Positions 33,922 through 46,657 of a stretch of DNA of 64,000 nucleotides are shown here, piece after piece. Source of the stretch: Tubiluchus corallicola (lineage: Eukaryota > Animalia > Priapulida); assembly GCA_030141605.1 (NCBI GenBank), contig JAQGDQ010000019.1:310001-374000 (forward strand), given 5' to 3'. Within the stretch, counting starts at the first letter, position 1. Every line of letters starts with the position of its first letter. The notes below the pieces were generated by a model. The model did no database searches, had not been told where the DNA came from, and saw only the letters and a program-made list of their open reading frames with translations. A program made the translations under genes and the position numbers.

Positions 33922-34982
33922 CTGTAGACCTAAGTTAAAATGAATTATTAATTAGATAACAAATTGAATTTCCAATTCAATAAATGGTTAATCATATCAG
34001 ACGACAAAAATCTATACTCTTATATTAATATTCTTGGTATACATATTTATTTATATATAAGATTCGAGGCTACAGCCCGGACGAGGGCACCATTTGCGGC
34101 GATCTATATATCAAACGAAAGGTCTCGATCTAGTGTCTTCTCATTGATGGTTTATTTTTCGAATCGGGCCCACCGGAAGGAAGGGGAGGCGAAAAACCTC
34201 CAAAAATGGCCCTTTTTCGGCCGTTTTTTGCAAAAGTTATACGGCTGAGATGTAGAGAACGGGAACGGGCCGAGGGGGGTGCTGGGTATGGATAGATAGC
34301 CCGTTCAGCGGTGGGTGTAATAGGCCTATTTAGAATTCCCGAGAGGGCCACGGCGTCCCGTAACGGGCGTTTTCCCGGTCCCAACTCGCGATTTTTTCGA
34401 AATTTTGACCAAACAGCCTGCGGAAAAAACGTTCTAGCGGTGCCTGGTGGGACTCTCGGAAGAAGATATGGGGCTCTTTAGAAAGAGGAAGAACAGGGCT
34501 ACACGATGATGTGGGCTATATGTTGTGACACGTCCAATGAGAGGAGTATTGACGAGTTAATTAGAGGTTCCATTTTCGGCAATTTTCGCTTAGAAAACTG
34601 CTGACGCAAAGCTATTGTTGTGACGTCATCCATTGTACTCTGCTGTAATCTTATAACTTTAATTCAGCAAAACGCTGCCTGCTACGGGTTTGCGTTAGTT
34701 AAACAAACATTAGGCATGATGTTACGGGCTTTGTGTTATAAATGAGGACTAGGTAGGATGTTCGCGTATTATTGATTACACGTGTATTTATATGCAAAAT
34801 CTTTTGCGGGGCCTTTGCTATTTATTATATTATAGCACATAGTTTCAACTTTGTGAAAAATGTTTGGAATGGTTTTGTTGTAATGCTGTGCTGTTGGTGC
34901 TTGTGCTATAGGTGTCGTCATCATTGCCACCACCATCATCATCATCATCAACATCATGATCACCACGTGAGGTGGTGGATTT

Positions 34983-35797
34983 GATGTGGTGTGCTTTGTG
35001 TGTTGTGCTATGGATGGTGTGGTGGGGGTGATAGGGTGTGTGGGGTGTGGTGTGGGTAGTGTGGTATGGAGTGGGTGGCGTGGTGTGTGGGTGGGTGTTG
35101 TGGTGCAGTGTGGTGTTATGGTGTGGTGCAGTGCGGTGTGATGTGGTGGAGTATTATGGTGTGGGTGGTGTGGTGTGTGGTGTGGTGCAGTGTGGTGTGA
35201 TGTGGTGGAGTCATATGGTGTGGGTGGTGTGGTGTGGTGTGTGGGTGGTGCGGTGTGCTGCAGTGGGTTGGTTTGATGTGGTGGAGTGGTATGGTGTGGG
35301 TGGTGTGGTTTGTAGGTGGTGTGGTGCAGTGTGGTGCTGTGCAGTGTGATTGGTGGAGTATTATGGTGTGGGTGGTGTGGTGTGGTATGTGGGTGGTGCA
35401 GTGGTATGGTGTGGTGCAGTGTGGTGTGATGTGGTGGAGTGGTATGGTGTGGGTGGTGTGGTGTGTAGGTGGTATGGTGTGGTGCAGTGTGGTGTTATGG
35501 TGTGGTGCTGTGCGGTGTGATGTGGTGGAGTATTATGGTGTGGTGGTATTGTGTGGTGCAGTGTGGTGCGATGAGGTGGAGTGGTATGGTGTGGTGCAGT
35601 GTGGTGTGATGTGGTGGAGTCGTATGGTGTGGGTGGTGTGGTGTGGTATGTGGGTGGTGCAGTGGTATGGTGTGGTGCGGTGTGGTGTGATGTGGTGGAG
35701 TGGTATGGTGTGGGTGGTGTGGTGTGTAGGTGGTATGGTGTGGTGTTATGGTGTGGTGCTGTGCGGTGTGATGTGGTGGAGTGGTATGGTGTGGTAG
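34983..35797. repeat. GT-rich minisatellite/low-complexity tract, preceded by (CAT)n at about 34917-34965
   Basis: Almost only G and T on the + strand; the block gtgtgatgtggtggagt(ggt/att)atggtgtgggtggtgtgg recurs many times. Confidence 0.95.
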
Positions 35798-38387
35798 CAT
35801 ACCTAGTGCAATATCAATGACAATAACTAACATCCAGTGCAGAAAAGTAAAGACATTAACTCTAAAAACATTCAGCAATATTATGTATATATTAATTTAA
35901 AAAGTTTACTGACAGGGTAAAACCAATAGCAGGAATTTTCAAATGCAAAACACTTAATTTGTGGAAACGAGTGACTGAGGGTTTAGTAAAAATTGAAAAT
36001 CAGTTTTATTGGCTAATAAAGAATCAAGAGTGAAAATGTATCAGTTAGTAGTACCATGCTGGTCAAGAAAAAAATCTAATGAAATTAGTTGCACTGTAAA
36101 CATTATATATTACTATTTTTAAAAATTAAAATGTAAATGACTATTTTTAAATTTGTAAAATAAGTGATCGGCCTGAATCACAAAATTTCCTACAGGTGGA
36201 TTGTTGTATAATATTATACAATGCTATTACTATCGTACTACATATAAATATTATTGTAGCATACAACTCTATCATACCAGTGTAAGACTATGCGTTAATG
36301 CGTTAAGAGTATGCAACATGCGTTAATCAAAAGTATCAGCCAACTGATATTCACCAAAAAGGGATAACTGCAACAACACTGGTACACTTCACTTTAATTT
36401 CAAAATTAAAACTTTAAAATGAAGTTCTTAACATCCAGTGCTATGAAGTTGGTAAAAATGGACCGACTAAGACTCCTGTCGCCCAAGCCAGACAGTTTGA
36501 GTCACTGCTAATAAAAATAAAAGAAAAAAGTAATTCAAACAGGTTTTTTCTTTTTTTGTTAAACTAAGTCCTAAGCTAAGCCTAACCCTCATCTATTATG
36601 TCTCTTAAATATGGAAAAAAAGTGAAAAGATTTTGTATGCGAAGATTAAACAGTCTCTATTTTCATTTACTCTTATGGTAAAATGGCTAAATATTTTAAA
36701 TGGGTTTGCTGCATGAACTTATAATGGATTGTAGATTTGTGTAAAAGTTTTATAATTTTAACAACAGTACTATATAGTTTTATGGTCAAATACTTGAGAA
36801 AAATGCCGCATTTCAAGTTGTTATTCAATCCAGGCAAAAGTGCTTTTCTTATTATTACTATCTTGTGTTAGTTCAGGCAAAAGCTGTTATTGGGAGTTTA
36901 AAAAAAACCTAATGTACCTAATTTTCATTAAAAACTGAAAACTTTGAATTTTATTATTTTTAAAATGTGCCTCTTTCTCATGTTGTTGTTCAAAATGTTA
37001 CCTTTAGTTAAATTTAAATTAATTCTTACCTAAGTTTAGAAAAGCAGCACGATAATTAACATGACAGCGAACTAGTGACGGCAAAAGTCATTTGATCAGC
37101 TACAGCTATGAGCTTAAACCTGTCAGCACTTCATTTTCACTGATGCTTGACATACAGCTGAATTATAGTAATTTAAACAACAATCCGTAAAAATACCTAA
37201 AAGCAACACTGCCAATACAAAGTACTATGTGACTAGTACTACTAGAGCTGCTAGTAGGCACTATAACAGTGTGTAACAGTTGGTCGCAACATTTGGCATT
37301 TAAATGTCAACAATAAAGATAATGGATAATCACGTTAACAATAACACCTACATTTTTATCATTAGAATTTTGTGTCATTATCATCAGATTCGTGCAAGTA
37401 ATAAACAATTTGGGTACCTGCCATTTTCATTACATTTACTGCCCCTATCAGTTAGATTAATAGACACCCTCCAGTACCAAAAACAGTTTCTATACACAAT
37501 TTAAGAAACATATAAAACTTCATGCACTAAATTCTCACACCTACAAGTGAGCATCTGAGGTATACTTAGAGCACTCAGTGTGGTTGGTAATGACCAGCCT
37601 TGGTTTCTTTATATAATGTTATCTACTTCCAAACTTAACCATGATCGTAATTATCTTTTATTTTTTATAATTCCTATTTTCATTTTAATTTCTTTTTTTC
37701 TTACATTCCTTTATCAGCCTTACTCAATAACCCCCACTCTGTATTCTCTTTATTTACTATCATGATGTTCGTATAAGCTTCGTTTCCTAGGTGCCGTGTA
37801 GCTATAACAACGTTTACATAAATTTCGTTTATTCGTGTTTTCTTATTTTTTTGTTTGTGAATATATATTATTTTAGAGTTGTATTGCTGAGTGAATTAAT
37901 ATTAATATACCTCAATGCAAACACTAATGCTCGTCATAGTACCTCCCCCCCACACACACACACAGATTCTGTGCAGCCAAGTTGTTTCACCTAGGAAGCA
38001 ACCAAGTAGAATTTGTCTCGACAGTCAAAATATTTAGCTTTTACATTTTCGACTTATTTTACCACCATTTTGCCACAAATTTTATTAAACATCTGTAATG
38101 AAATGACCTGGACATTCCCACTGACTACGAAACAGTTTCAGTTTGTTTTTTGAGTATTATACTATCATTAACTTGATTAAGTTTAACTAATCTTCTAGCA
38201 GTTTGACATGGAGGTTGTGTACTGTAAGTTTTACTTGTAACGTACTATTGGTGGGCGCAAGTGGCTACTAGTAATCGAGTACTTCAGTTACTTGCGCTCG
38301 CAAGTCTTTGTCATCAATTATTTTGCTAAGTATTCAAATACTAAAGCAAGTACACTCATATCTCATTTTGCAAAACAAAAGCGGGGA

Positions 38388-38892
38388 TACATCGGTCCGA
38401 ATTTGCCGATTGTCCGTGTTTACCGATACTAAGCTAATACAGTAGGCGCCATGTATTAGACTCGAGCTAATGTAGAATCAATTGCCTAACTGTCTCAAAT
38501 ATGTCTAGGACGGGCCACTCTTATGCAAAAGTATATAAAAACTGTTGGCAATTGACTCAAACAACTTCGCATAATTGACTTTATATTTTTTCTGCACATG
38601 CTTAAATAAGATACTTCTGCGTGACCAATGAGCTTTTAGTATTTTTATATCGTCTTACTTCGCCTTTGTGCACTACGTAGAAACAACCACATCAAGTACA
38701 GTTTGTGTGTAAGCAAAGTTTGTCATTGATGTATTGATATAAACAAAGTGAGTGACAATTCGCCAATTAGCGGTCAGCTTGTGAAACAACAGACTGTGTC
38801 CATAGTAAGCAGGACTTTTTAAAGGTCCAGACTTTGTCTGACTCTTCTGATATCCGTAAAAGCGAGGTCCGGCAAACTGAGATACGATTGTA
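38388..38892. mobile_element. Possible pogo/Tc1-type MITE
   Basis: Left end tacatcggtccgaatttgccg resembles the reverse complement of the right end (tacaatcgtatctcagtttgccg); TA at both ends; degenerate. Confidence 0.35.
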
Positions 38893-39229
38893 AATGATCT
38901 TTTAGTGTTAACGAGTGTATAATAATTTCAAAAACAAAAAAATCAAAATGCGTTTGAAATATTTTTACTGTATCCTAAATACCTTAAAGGAATACCAGAC
39001 AATTGTTTAGACTCAATCTCATTTTAATTGACTGTACAAAATATACATTTTCTTGCCTATAAAAGTTAACAAATGTTCCTTATATTTAAATAATTAGCTT
39101 AGAAAGTTAATTAACGGCAACCGAATACAGCTATTGCTTTCGTCAGAAACTAACCACAGTTTATGCAATGGCAGGCGTCTTCCCTTGCGCATCAAGCACA
39201 TTTGCATAAGTGTTACAGCACTGTTTAAA

Positions 39230-39432
39230 CGCATGATGTCACGAAAAATGGACTCTATGTCATATGACGTCAGAAACTAACACTGCAGTTCATGATCATG
39301 CTTATCATGGTACCATCTTCTATTTGTCGGCCAAGCGCACGTGACAAAAAGGCGCCGCTGCCAATCTTGGTAGATTTACAGAGCCAAGCGTAGCTTTGAA
39401 AGTTTAACGAAATTTGAGTAACCGAGGTAAAT
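39230..39432 (+). promoter_or_regulatory. Candidate promoter and non-coding first exon of the hydroxyacid oxidase gene
   Basis: CpG-containing patch with TGACGTCA (39265-39272), CACGTGAC (39338-39345), CCAAT (39361-39365) and a good donor gag|gtaaat at 39426/39427. The link to the HAO gene is inferred. Confidence 0.4.
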
Positions 39433-39490
39433 ATTATTTAATGTGAGCTTTGATTTAAAAAAAGCTATTGTAGTTTTCAATATTTTATTC

Positions 39491-42400
39491 AATTCAATTC
39501 AATTCAATTCAATTATTTATTATCTCCGTTAGAACGATAAAAATACAGTATAAAGACTACATGGAATATTTTAAAGCAAAGGAGAAGGGCAGCGAAGAAC
39601 CCGTAGGTTATCAAGTCAGCCACCCTTAAATAGTTATGATTAAATAAACTTAATTATGGCGTCGTTATCAATTTAAATTTGTATTCGGTTGATGTGTGTT
39701 AATTTGGCAATTGAATGATAGGTATCGTAATACTGTAGAACATATAGTTTAAATAACGAAAGATTTACAATTCTAAAATACTATGAATCATGCGAAGCAA
39801 ACACAATGAAAATAACTTGAGATTTTTAAGATAACAGAATATGCATAATTTGAGCATTAACTAAAAAATCCGGCAAAAAAACAAAACAAAAAACAGTAGA
39901 ATGATCAACCAAAGCTGTCGAGAAAAAAATATAATAGATTAAACCAAGGAAAAATAAGGCAAATATAAATCATACAAAACAAAACAAGAAACAGAAGCAA
40001 ATAAGAAAAACAAAACTGAAATGTTGTAATAATAACATCAATGACTGAATTTGTCGAGAAAGAAAATATAATAAATTAAACCATCGAAAAATTATTTCAA
40101 CTGTAAATCAGACAAAATGAAATCAAAATATAACAAAAACTTAAACAAAATCTTTAAGTGTCGTAGCAATGAAAAAAATATGTATAGTATTACAAGTATA
40201 TAAGCAAAATGTCTCATTTATTTGTATCCTGCAATAAGTTGTTTTTTATAGTTTAAAATTAACTTTTTGTAGTTACTGGACTTTAACTGGTCTGGTAATG
40301 AATTCCACAGCAAAGATCCTGGGTGTTTTAAAGAATTCTGGCCTTTAGATGAGTTAAATCTTTCAATAAAATAAGATTGGGTTGTAGCAAACCTAGTAGA
40401 GTGGTGATGCATGTGACATGCTAAAGTATAATAATTGCTGAAGAGATCTGGAAGTGAATTATTTTTGAATTTATGTACAAACTTGAGCAATTCTAATTTA
40501 TACAGATCATGAACTTTTAGTAGATTTAGTTGCAAATACAAAGGTGTTACATGTTCCCTTTTGCTAGTAAATGTTATAAGTTTGATAATCTTGTTTTGTT
40601 TAGAAACCAATGATTTTAAGACCGATGCTGAAGCACTACCCCAGGCGAGAATGCCATAACTCAGATATGGCATGACAAGAGAAGAGTATAAGAGCCGTAG
40701 TGCATCTACATTTATGTAGTGTCGTATTCTAGCTAATACTCCACTTAATTTGCTAATTTTGTTGACTATATGCTGAACATGTGTTTTCCAAGTAATTCTA
40801 CTATCTATAAATATACCAAGATATTTGATTTCTTGTGTAGATTGAATAGTACAACCTCCCATATTTATGTTTAAACTATTGTTATGTTGCTTGTTTCCAA
40901 TTAACATATATTTTGTTTTTTTTATAATTTATCGATAGCTTATTTGCTTGCATCCATTTATTAATATTGTCCAGTTCCACATTTACTGAATGTTCTAATG
41001 TTTTGATATTTTGGTGTGATAAAAATAAGTTTGTATCGTCTGCAAACAATCTGGTGTTAAATTGCGAACAAGATGGCAGATCGTTAATATATAAAAGAAA
41101 TAACAATGGACCCAATGTAGAACCCTGTGGGACACCACAGGTTATATCAGCAAGTTTAGATTCCGATGAGTCAATAGACGTAAACTGTTTCCTATTAGTA
41201 AGGTAAGACATGAAAAGCGCAAGAGGACGTCCCCTGATACCATAGTATGATAACTTATATAACAAAATGTCATGTTGTACCGTGTCGAATGCTTTCGATA
41301 AATCTAAAAATATAGCACAAGTAGTTTTCCCCTTATCAATATTCGCAAGGAAGTTTTCAATTATTTCTGACACAGCTAAAGATGTAGAATGATTTTTTCT
41401 GAATCCAAATTGGAATTTAGTTAAAATTTGTTCTTTTAAAAGAAATTTAGCTAGCCTAGAGTAAATTAATTTTTCAAAAATCTTTGATATGGGAGATAAG
41501 AGAGATATTGGCCTATAATTAGTGGGATTAATGGGAGAATCAGATTTGTAAATCGGGATTATTTTTGCAATTTTCAACACGTCAGGATAGATACCCTCTT
41601 CTACACATTTATTGAACAGCATAGTTAATAATGGAGTAATAATGGAGTGTGAAATTTTAAAAAACTGATTCGAGATGTTTTCGGGTCCTGCTGATTTATT
41701 GGTTTTCAATGCAGCAATAGCAGAGGAAACTTCGTACTCGATAATTGGCGCAAAAAAGAAGGAGTTCTGATTAGGCATTCTAAGGAAAGAATCAAATGTT
41801 ATTGGAGTAGGTGGTACCTTTTTTACCATATCAGAACCAACCGTTGCAAAATAATTATTCATGAATTCACAGATAGCAGGGGGTTCCGTAATCTCAGCAT
41901 GATTTATTACTAGTTTGGTTGGAGTTATGCGCTGCTTGTTTTGTCCATTGATCAAATCATTCAATGTTGCCCAAGTCTTTCTAATATTAGTTTTATTATC
42001 ATGTAGTAAAGTACAATAATAATTTGTTTTGGCTAAATTTATGAGATGATTAAGTTTATTAGAAAATTGTTTATATTGATTAATTTTTAAGATACTAGTT
42101 GTAGTCTTACAGTCCTTGTATAATCTACTTTTAGTTTTATTGACACAAGAATACCTTTAGTTAACCATGGCTTGGAGAAAGTTACTTTTTCAGTTCTTGA
42201 CAATGTCTTAAGTGGGGCATGTTTATTAAGAACTTCTTGATATATTTGGAAAAAGGTACAGAAGGCAGAATTAGTTGGCACCTCGGAAAAGTCAACAGCA
42301 TCGATCTTATTTTGCAAATCCTCCAGAAATAAAATCATGTTAAAATTCCGTTTATCCCTGATTTTAATTTTCTTTTTAACTATTAAGTTACCAATATTTT

Positions 42401-42960
42401 TAATAATAGCAAACACTGGTAGATGATCTGACACTTCATAAAGTATAATACCAGATATAATTGGATTAGATAGATTATTTGTATATATATGGTCAATAAG
42501 TGTCTGAGAATGGTGTGTTATTCGAGTTGGTCGTGTTACTAATGGAAAAAACTGATTAGAGTAAAGTAAATTCAAATAATCTGCAATAAATGTTTTTTCC
42601 TCTATTTGCATAAGATTTAAATTAATATCGCCACAGATATAACAAGTCTTTCCTGACTTGTTAATGGCTGATAATATAGAGTCCATCTCGCTGTGAAAAT
42701 GATGGACATTGGTATTTGGGTGTCGATAGATCACTCCAAATGTGATTGGTTTCTTTTTACCAGGTACTTCAACATCAAGCCACATATCCTCAACTTGTAT
42801 ACATGATTTTTGAGTAATGCTATTACCATTCTTACTAGTAGTTACTATTTCTGTATCACAATTAATTTTGTACTCATCTTTTACTGTATACCTCAAGCCC
42901 GATTTAAGATAAATAGCTACGCCACCTGCGCAAGTTTTAGAATCAACATGCAAGAGCATT
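39491..42960 (-). mobile_element. 5'-truncated CR1/L2-group (Crack/Daphne-like) LINE: partial APE endonuclease, reverse transcriptase, C-terminal domain and 3' UTR
   Basis: ORFs 42087-42959 (GVIYRHPN, GDINLNL, IDHIYTN, SDHLPV), 40882-41964 (NYRPISLL, QFGFR, DLSKAFDTV, GVPQGSTLGPLLF, FADDT) and 40218-40907 (KYLGIFID, LLWNSLP). They join through two frameshifts in A-runs (about 42138 and 40915). (TTGAA)n tail at 39491-39513. Confidence 0.95.
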
Positions 42961-43335
42961 TAGAGCTTTTAGAGCATTCTTTATTCTGAACTAATGTTTG
43001 AACAATCATCCGGTTTTCCGTTAATAATTTCATGAAAAATTAGGCCTAAGTTGTTCATGTAATCACCATAAATGCGTATACTCTTCAGCTTGCAGCAAAG
43101 TAAGCACTAACCAGATAACTGAAGCACGATTTAAATCGTATGACGCACTTATATCTTTTTATGTAAAGATAAACATCTAGATATCTTATAACAAATAAGT
43201 CACTGATGTTAAAAGTTCTTTGGCGGGTTCACTTCTAGACGTTCACTTTTGTATTTTCTAATTTCATTTCATACGGTGCCACGCCAGTAGTGAAGTTGAA
43301 AAAGTGTTTAAACCTTAAGTTTCGTTATTGTAAGA

Positions 43336-43660
43336 AGGGTGGCACTCTACCAGAAAGCCAATTCGAATCGAACTTCAGTATTTCGAATTCGAACAGAGAT
43401 TGAAGGATTTTCGAACAAGTTTTCGAACCACCAGTAAAAATTATTCTTACAAAGATCATGCATAATACTCGATTTTATTCTGCAGTAAAACCGCCAATAA
43501 TTTGTTTAAAATTGTTCATAGCACCTAAATTATGCTAATTGCATGATGTTTCAATCGTTTTAATGATAAAGAATGTGTGTGATTGGAAGTACTAAATTAT
43601 TCGAATATATACATAGTTATAGGTTCGAATCGAATTCGAACGTTCAATGCTCACCCCTAA
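43336..43660. mobile_element. MITE-like element rich in TTCGAA motifs (possibly hAT-derived)
   Basis: Starts agggtggca and ends tgctcaccccta; ttcgaa/ttcgaatcgaa motifs cluster near both ends; the right end is shared with 360-397. Confidence 0.55.
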
Positions 43661-44907
43661 TTGTAAGCTTAGCACATAAGCATAGCTTGCAGCATAAATT
43701 TGTCAGCTTTGGTCAGTATGTCTCACGTCAACCTCTTCAACAATAATACGTAAATGGGAAACAATTAATTTAACGAAATTTACAGTTTTTTCTGTTACTA
43801 TTGTTATTATTATTATTAATGGCTCATCAAAAGTTTTGTAATTTAAATAAAATAGGAAAAAATGTCAAGCAGCAGTAAAATAAAAATTAATTATACTTTT
43901 TTGTTTATAAATCTATGAAAATTTAAAATACAGCTTATGCATGGATAGGCATTAAGCATAGATGACTGCTTTTTAACCCACAATCTTCTCTGGATGTTTT
44001 GGTTCTGCTAACTATATTCTAATAGATGGTGACACGTACAGGCTATATGATACGGAACATATTATTATGATCATATTGTCTCTGTTGAGAGCAAGAACCT
44101 CGTAAGAAAGAATTTTTTCAAAAATGAGTTATGCCACAGTTTATCAGGAACATGTACATGATGAAGTCTCGGGTACCCTCAATAATCCAAGCATTTTGTT
44201 GTTACTGGAGGTGTACTTCTCAGGATGATTGACCCTGAAATGGTCCATCGAGCTTCAAACTGTGGAACTGAAGTATTTCATTCTCACGAAACATGTTCCA
44301 ACTTCCAAGTACTTACAAACTTACAACACTTGCTGAAAGGAGTTTTTGCTCTCTTCTCCATTTAAAAACAAATTGCTTGTTAATTTGAAGCAAATTTTGC
44401 AGTATGTAATAGTACCTTTTCCTTTGTAAGGGATTCAAAAGCAACGGGTAATAATAGTACAGAACAGTTTATTGCATCAAAATATCATTAAACCGATTAA
44501 GACTCTATCATGTGTTAAATATTTAGTATAGAAGTAATGCGCATCATGCACAGCCGCAGACAGCAGTCATGAAGGGTACGTGTGATTGATCAGACAGATC
44601 GAACTGATCAAGTGGCTTGGAGATCCACATGACCTCAATTCAGTTCACCTTTTATACAATGTTACTGCTAATACAACCCATGTATCCAAAAAGACAGCAT
44701 GTAAGTGATTTAATTCGTCAAGACAATTTTTAAGCTTTATTTACGAAGGGTGTTTTCTTGTGCTTTCATGTGCAAACATTTTACATTTATGCATAATGAA
44801 TTTAATGCATTTTTGTAATTTTGTATTAGAATGTGCAAAAAACAGGCATAAGAAAAAACACTATTTACATGATACACGATCGGTAACTGAAGTATCAGTG
44901 TGATCAG

Positions 44908-45013
44908 GGCTCAGTTTCAGAAAGCCATCACTAACTTAACGACATCATTATTAATAGTTAAGCAAATGTAATAAAAATGTGTTAACTTAGTAACGGCTTT
45001 GTAAAACTAGCCC
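44908..45013. mobile_element. About 106-bp PIF/Harbinger-like MITE
   Basis: TIRs ggctcagtttcagaaagccatcactaacttaac / gttaacttagtaacggctttgtaaaactagccc, with CAG on both flanks as a possible 3-bp target duplication. Confidence 0.6.
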
Positions 45014-45892
45014 CAGGTTTTTTTAAAAATGTGATCGGCGAATCAATAAAAAATCATGTTTACTGGGAATGCTTGCTATAGTGTATACTGTATAATCACA
45101 ATTAAATCTACTTGCATGTACGTATTTTGCAATTATATAGTGATTCTGTCTTGTAATTCTATAAAAAATACTGTTCATTTTCACTCACCTCTACATTATG
45201 ATAATTCGATCCATTATGAAACCAACGGTATCTAGCTTGATTGTCCATTCAGCAGCAATGAGGCAGGTACAATTAACCTCTTAGCATCTATTCTGCAGAA
45301 TGACCAATACGTATGAGGGATATTAGATGGGATAGCTTTTAGTTTAATTTTTTATTTTAACTGTTTTGCTTAAAAAACCATTACTTCAATTCTCATGTTC
45401 TACTATAACAATTCTTTATAAGTTAACAACAGCACTCAAATACAAACCTGAAACTCTTGGCTTTTGCTCAGTAATTGGAAAACTTGATTAGAGAAAGACT
45501 GGTTAAGAACCACCAATTAGAATAATAGGATGTGGGGCCCAGTCGCAGAAAAAATTATTATCATGATCAGGTACCAAATCTTCAGATTGCTTTTTCCCTT
45601 CAAATAAAACAATTAATTATTTTTATTAATATTGCATTATACCATTTAATATCAAATTTATTTTTGTCTATTAATATACAATAGACGTGTCTGTCTTGGG
45701 TTTTTAATATGGGATTTGGAAAAGTAACCAATGTATAAAATTGATATATAATTCATGCACTTGTTTAACCATATATAAATTGGTGAGTTCGTTCTTATTT
45801 GGCTCTTCACTCACATCAAAAAAATGAGCAACATTATAAACCAAGACTTTTGTACTTGAAATTGTCCCGACAGTGAAATTCTATTTTGTACA

Positions 45893-46452
45893 GTGGAGAA
45901 AATTCAACGAAGAATGATTAGGCTGATTCCAGGAATGAGTAACCTAAGTTATTCACAAAGGCTTCAAGAAATTGGTCTAGCCACCTTTAAGTATAGGCAC
46001 ATGAGACAGGTATGATACAATCTTTTAGAATTCTACGTGGTATTGACAAAACACACATGTGGATGATTATGTTGCAAGATGTCAACAACAAGAACAGCAG
46101 ACAAGAGGTCATTCGTATAAATTATTCAAGCATCGTATTTGTGGCAGTTGGTCAAAATGCCAGCATGGATTTTCGTTCAGGGTTGTCGATTAATGGAACA
46201 AGTTCCAGCAAATGTAGTTGAGCTAACAAACATTGTGCAATTTCAGAAACGTCTTGACAAGCACTGGCAGCAGAATTCATCAAAATTCATAGATCCTTTG
46301 TTAACCTAATAGTAACAAAATGTTCTAATGACATGGCCTTCCTCTATCTGCGGGTGTGCCACTATATCTCGGTTTTAGCTAACTCAGTATAGTGGAGGGA
46401 CAAATAGCATTTATCTTAATAACCCCACATCTCTGGATTATGGATTATGATT
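45893..46452 (+). mobile_element. Degraded CR1-type LINE 3' fragment
   Basis: Reads VEKIQRRMIRLIPGMSNLSYSQRLQEIGL...MIQSFRILRGID...FQKRLDKHW across frameshifts; short tggatta tail near 46434-46452. Confidence 0.8.
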
Positions 46453-46657
46453 TATGAATATATATCTTTGTGTTTTTATGTGTTTTCGTAACTTACCAAA
46501 AAGAAGCTAGATTAAATTGATTTGAAAAAGAACTTAGTGTTCAACTTTTTTCTTTTGCGTACTTATCTAAGTGCAAGCCATGGTACGATGTAAATAGTTT
46601 TTATCGTTTTTATAAAAAATAATTATGAAGTAACTTATTTTGACTTGTGTTTTTATG

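Noticed and set aside
34769-35878. His/Pro/Thr-rich and Trp/Val/Cys-rich ORFs on both strands
   Set aside because: They are products of the (CAT)n and GT-rich repeats, which lack stop codons; no gene structure.
34561-39259. Possible large element bounded by tagaggttccattttcg and cgaaaaatggactcta
   Set aside because: The similarity is short and gapped, with no target duplication or internal transposase.
40218-42959. Reverse transcriptase as a retron, DGR or group II intron
   Set aside because: APE endonuclease, LINE-type RT motifs, 5' truncation and a microsatellite tail identify an ordinary non-LTR retrotransposon.
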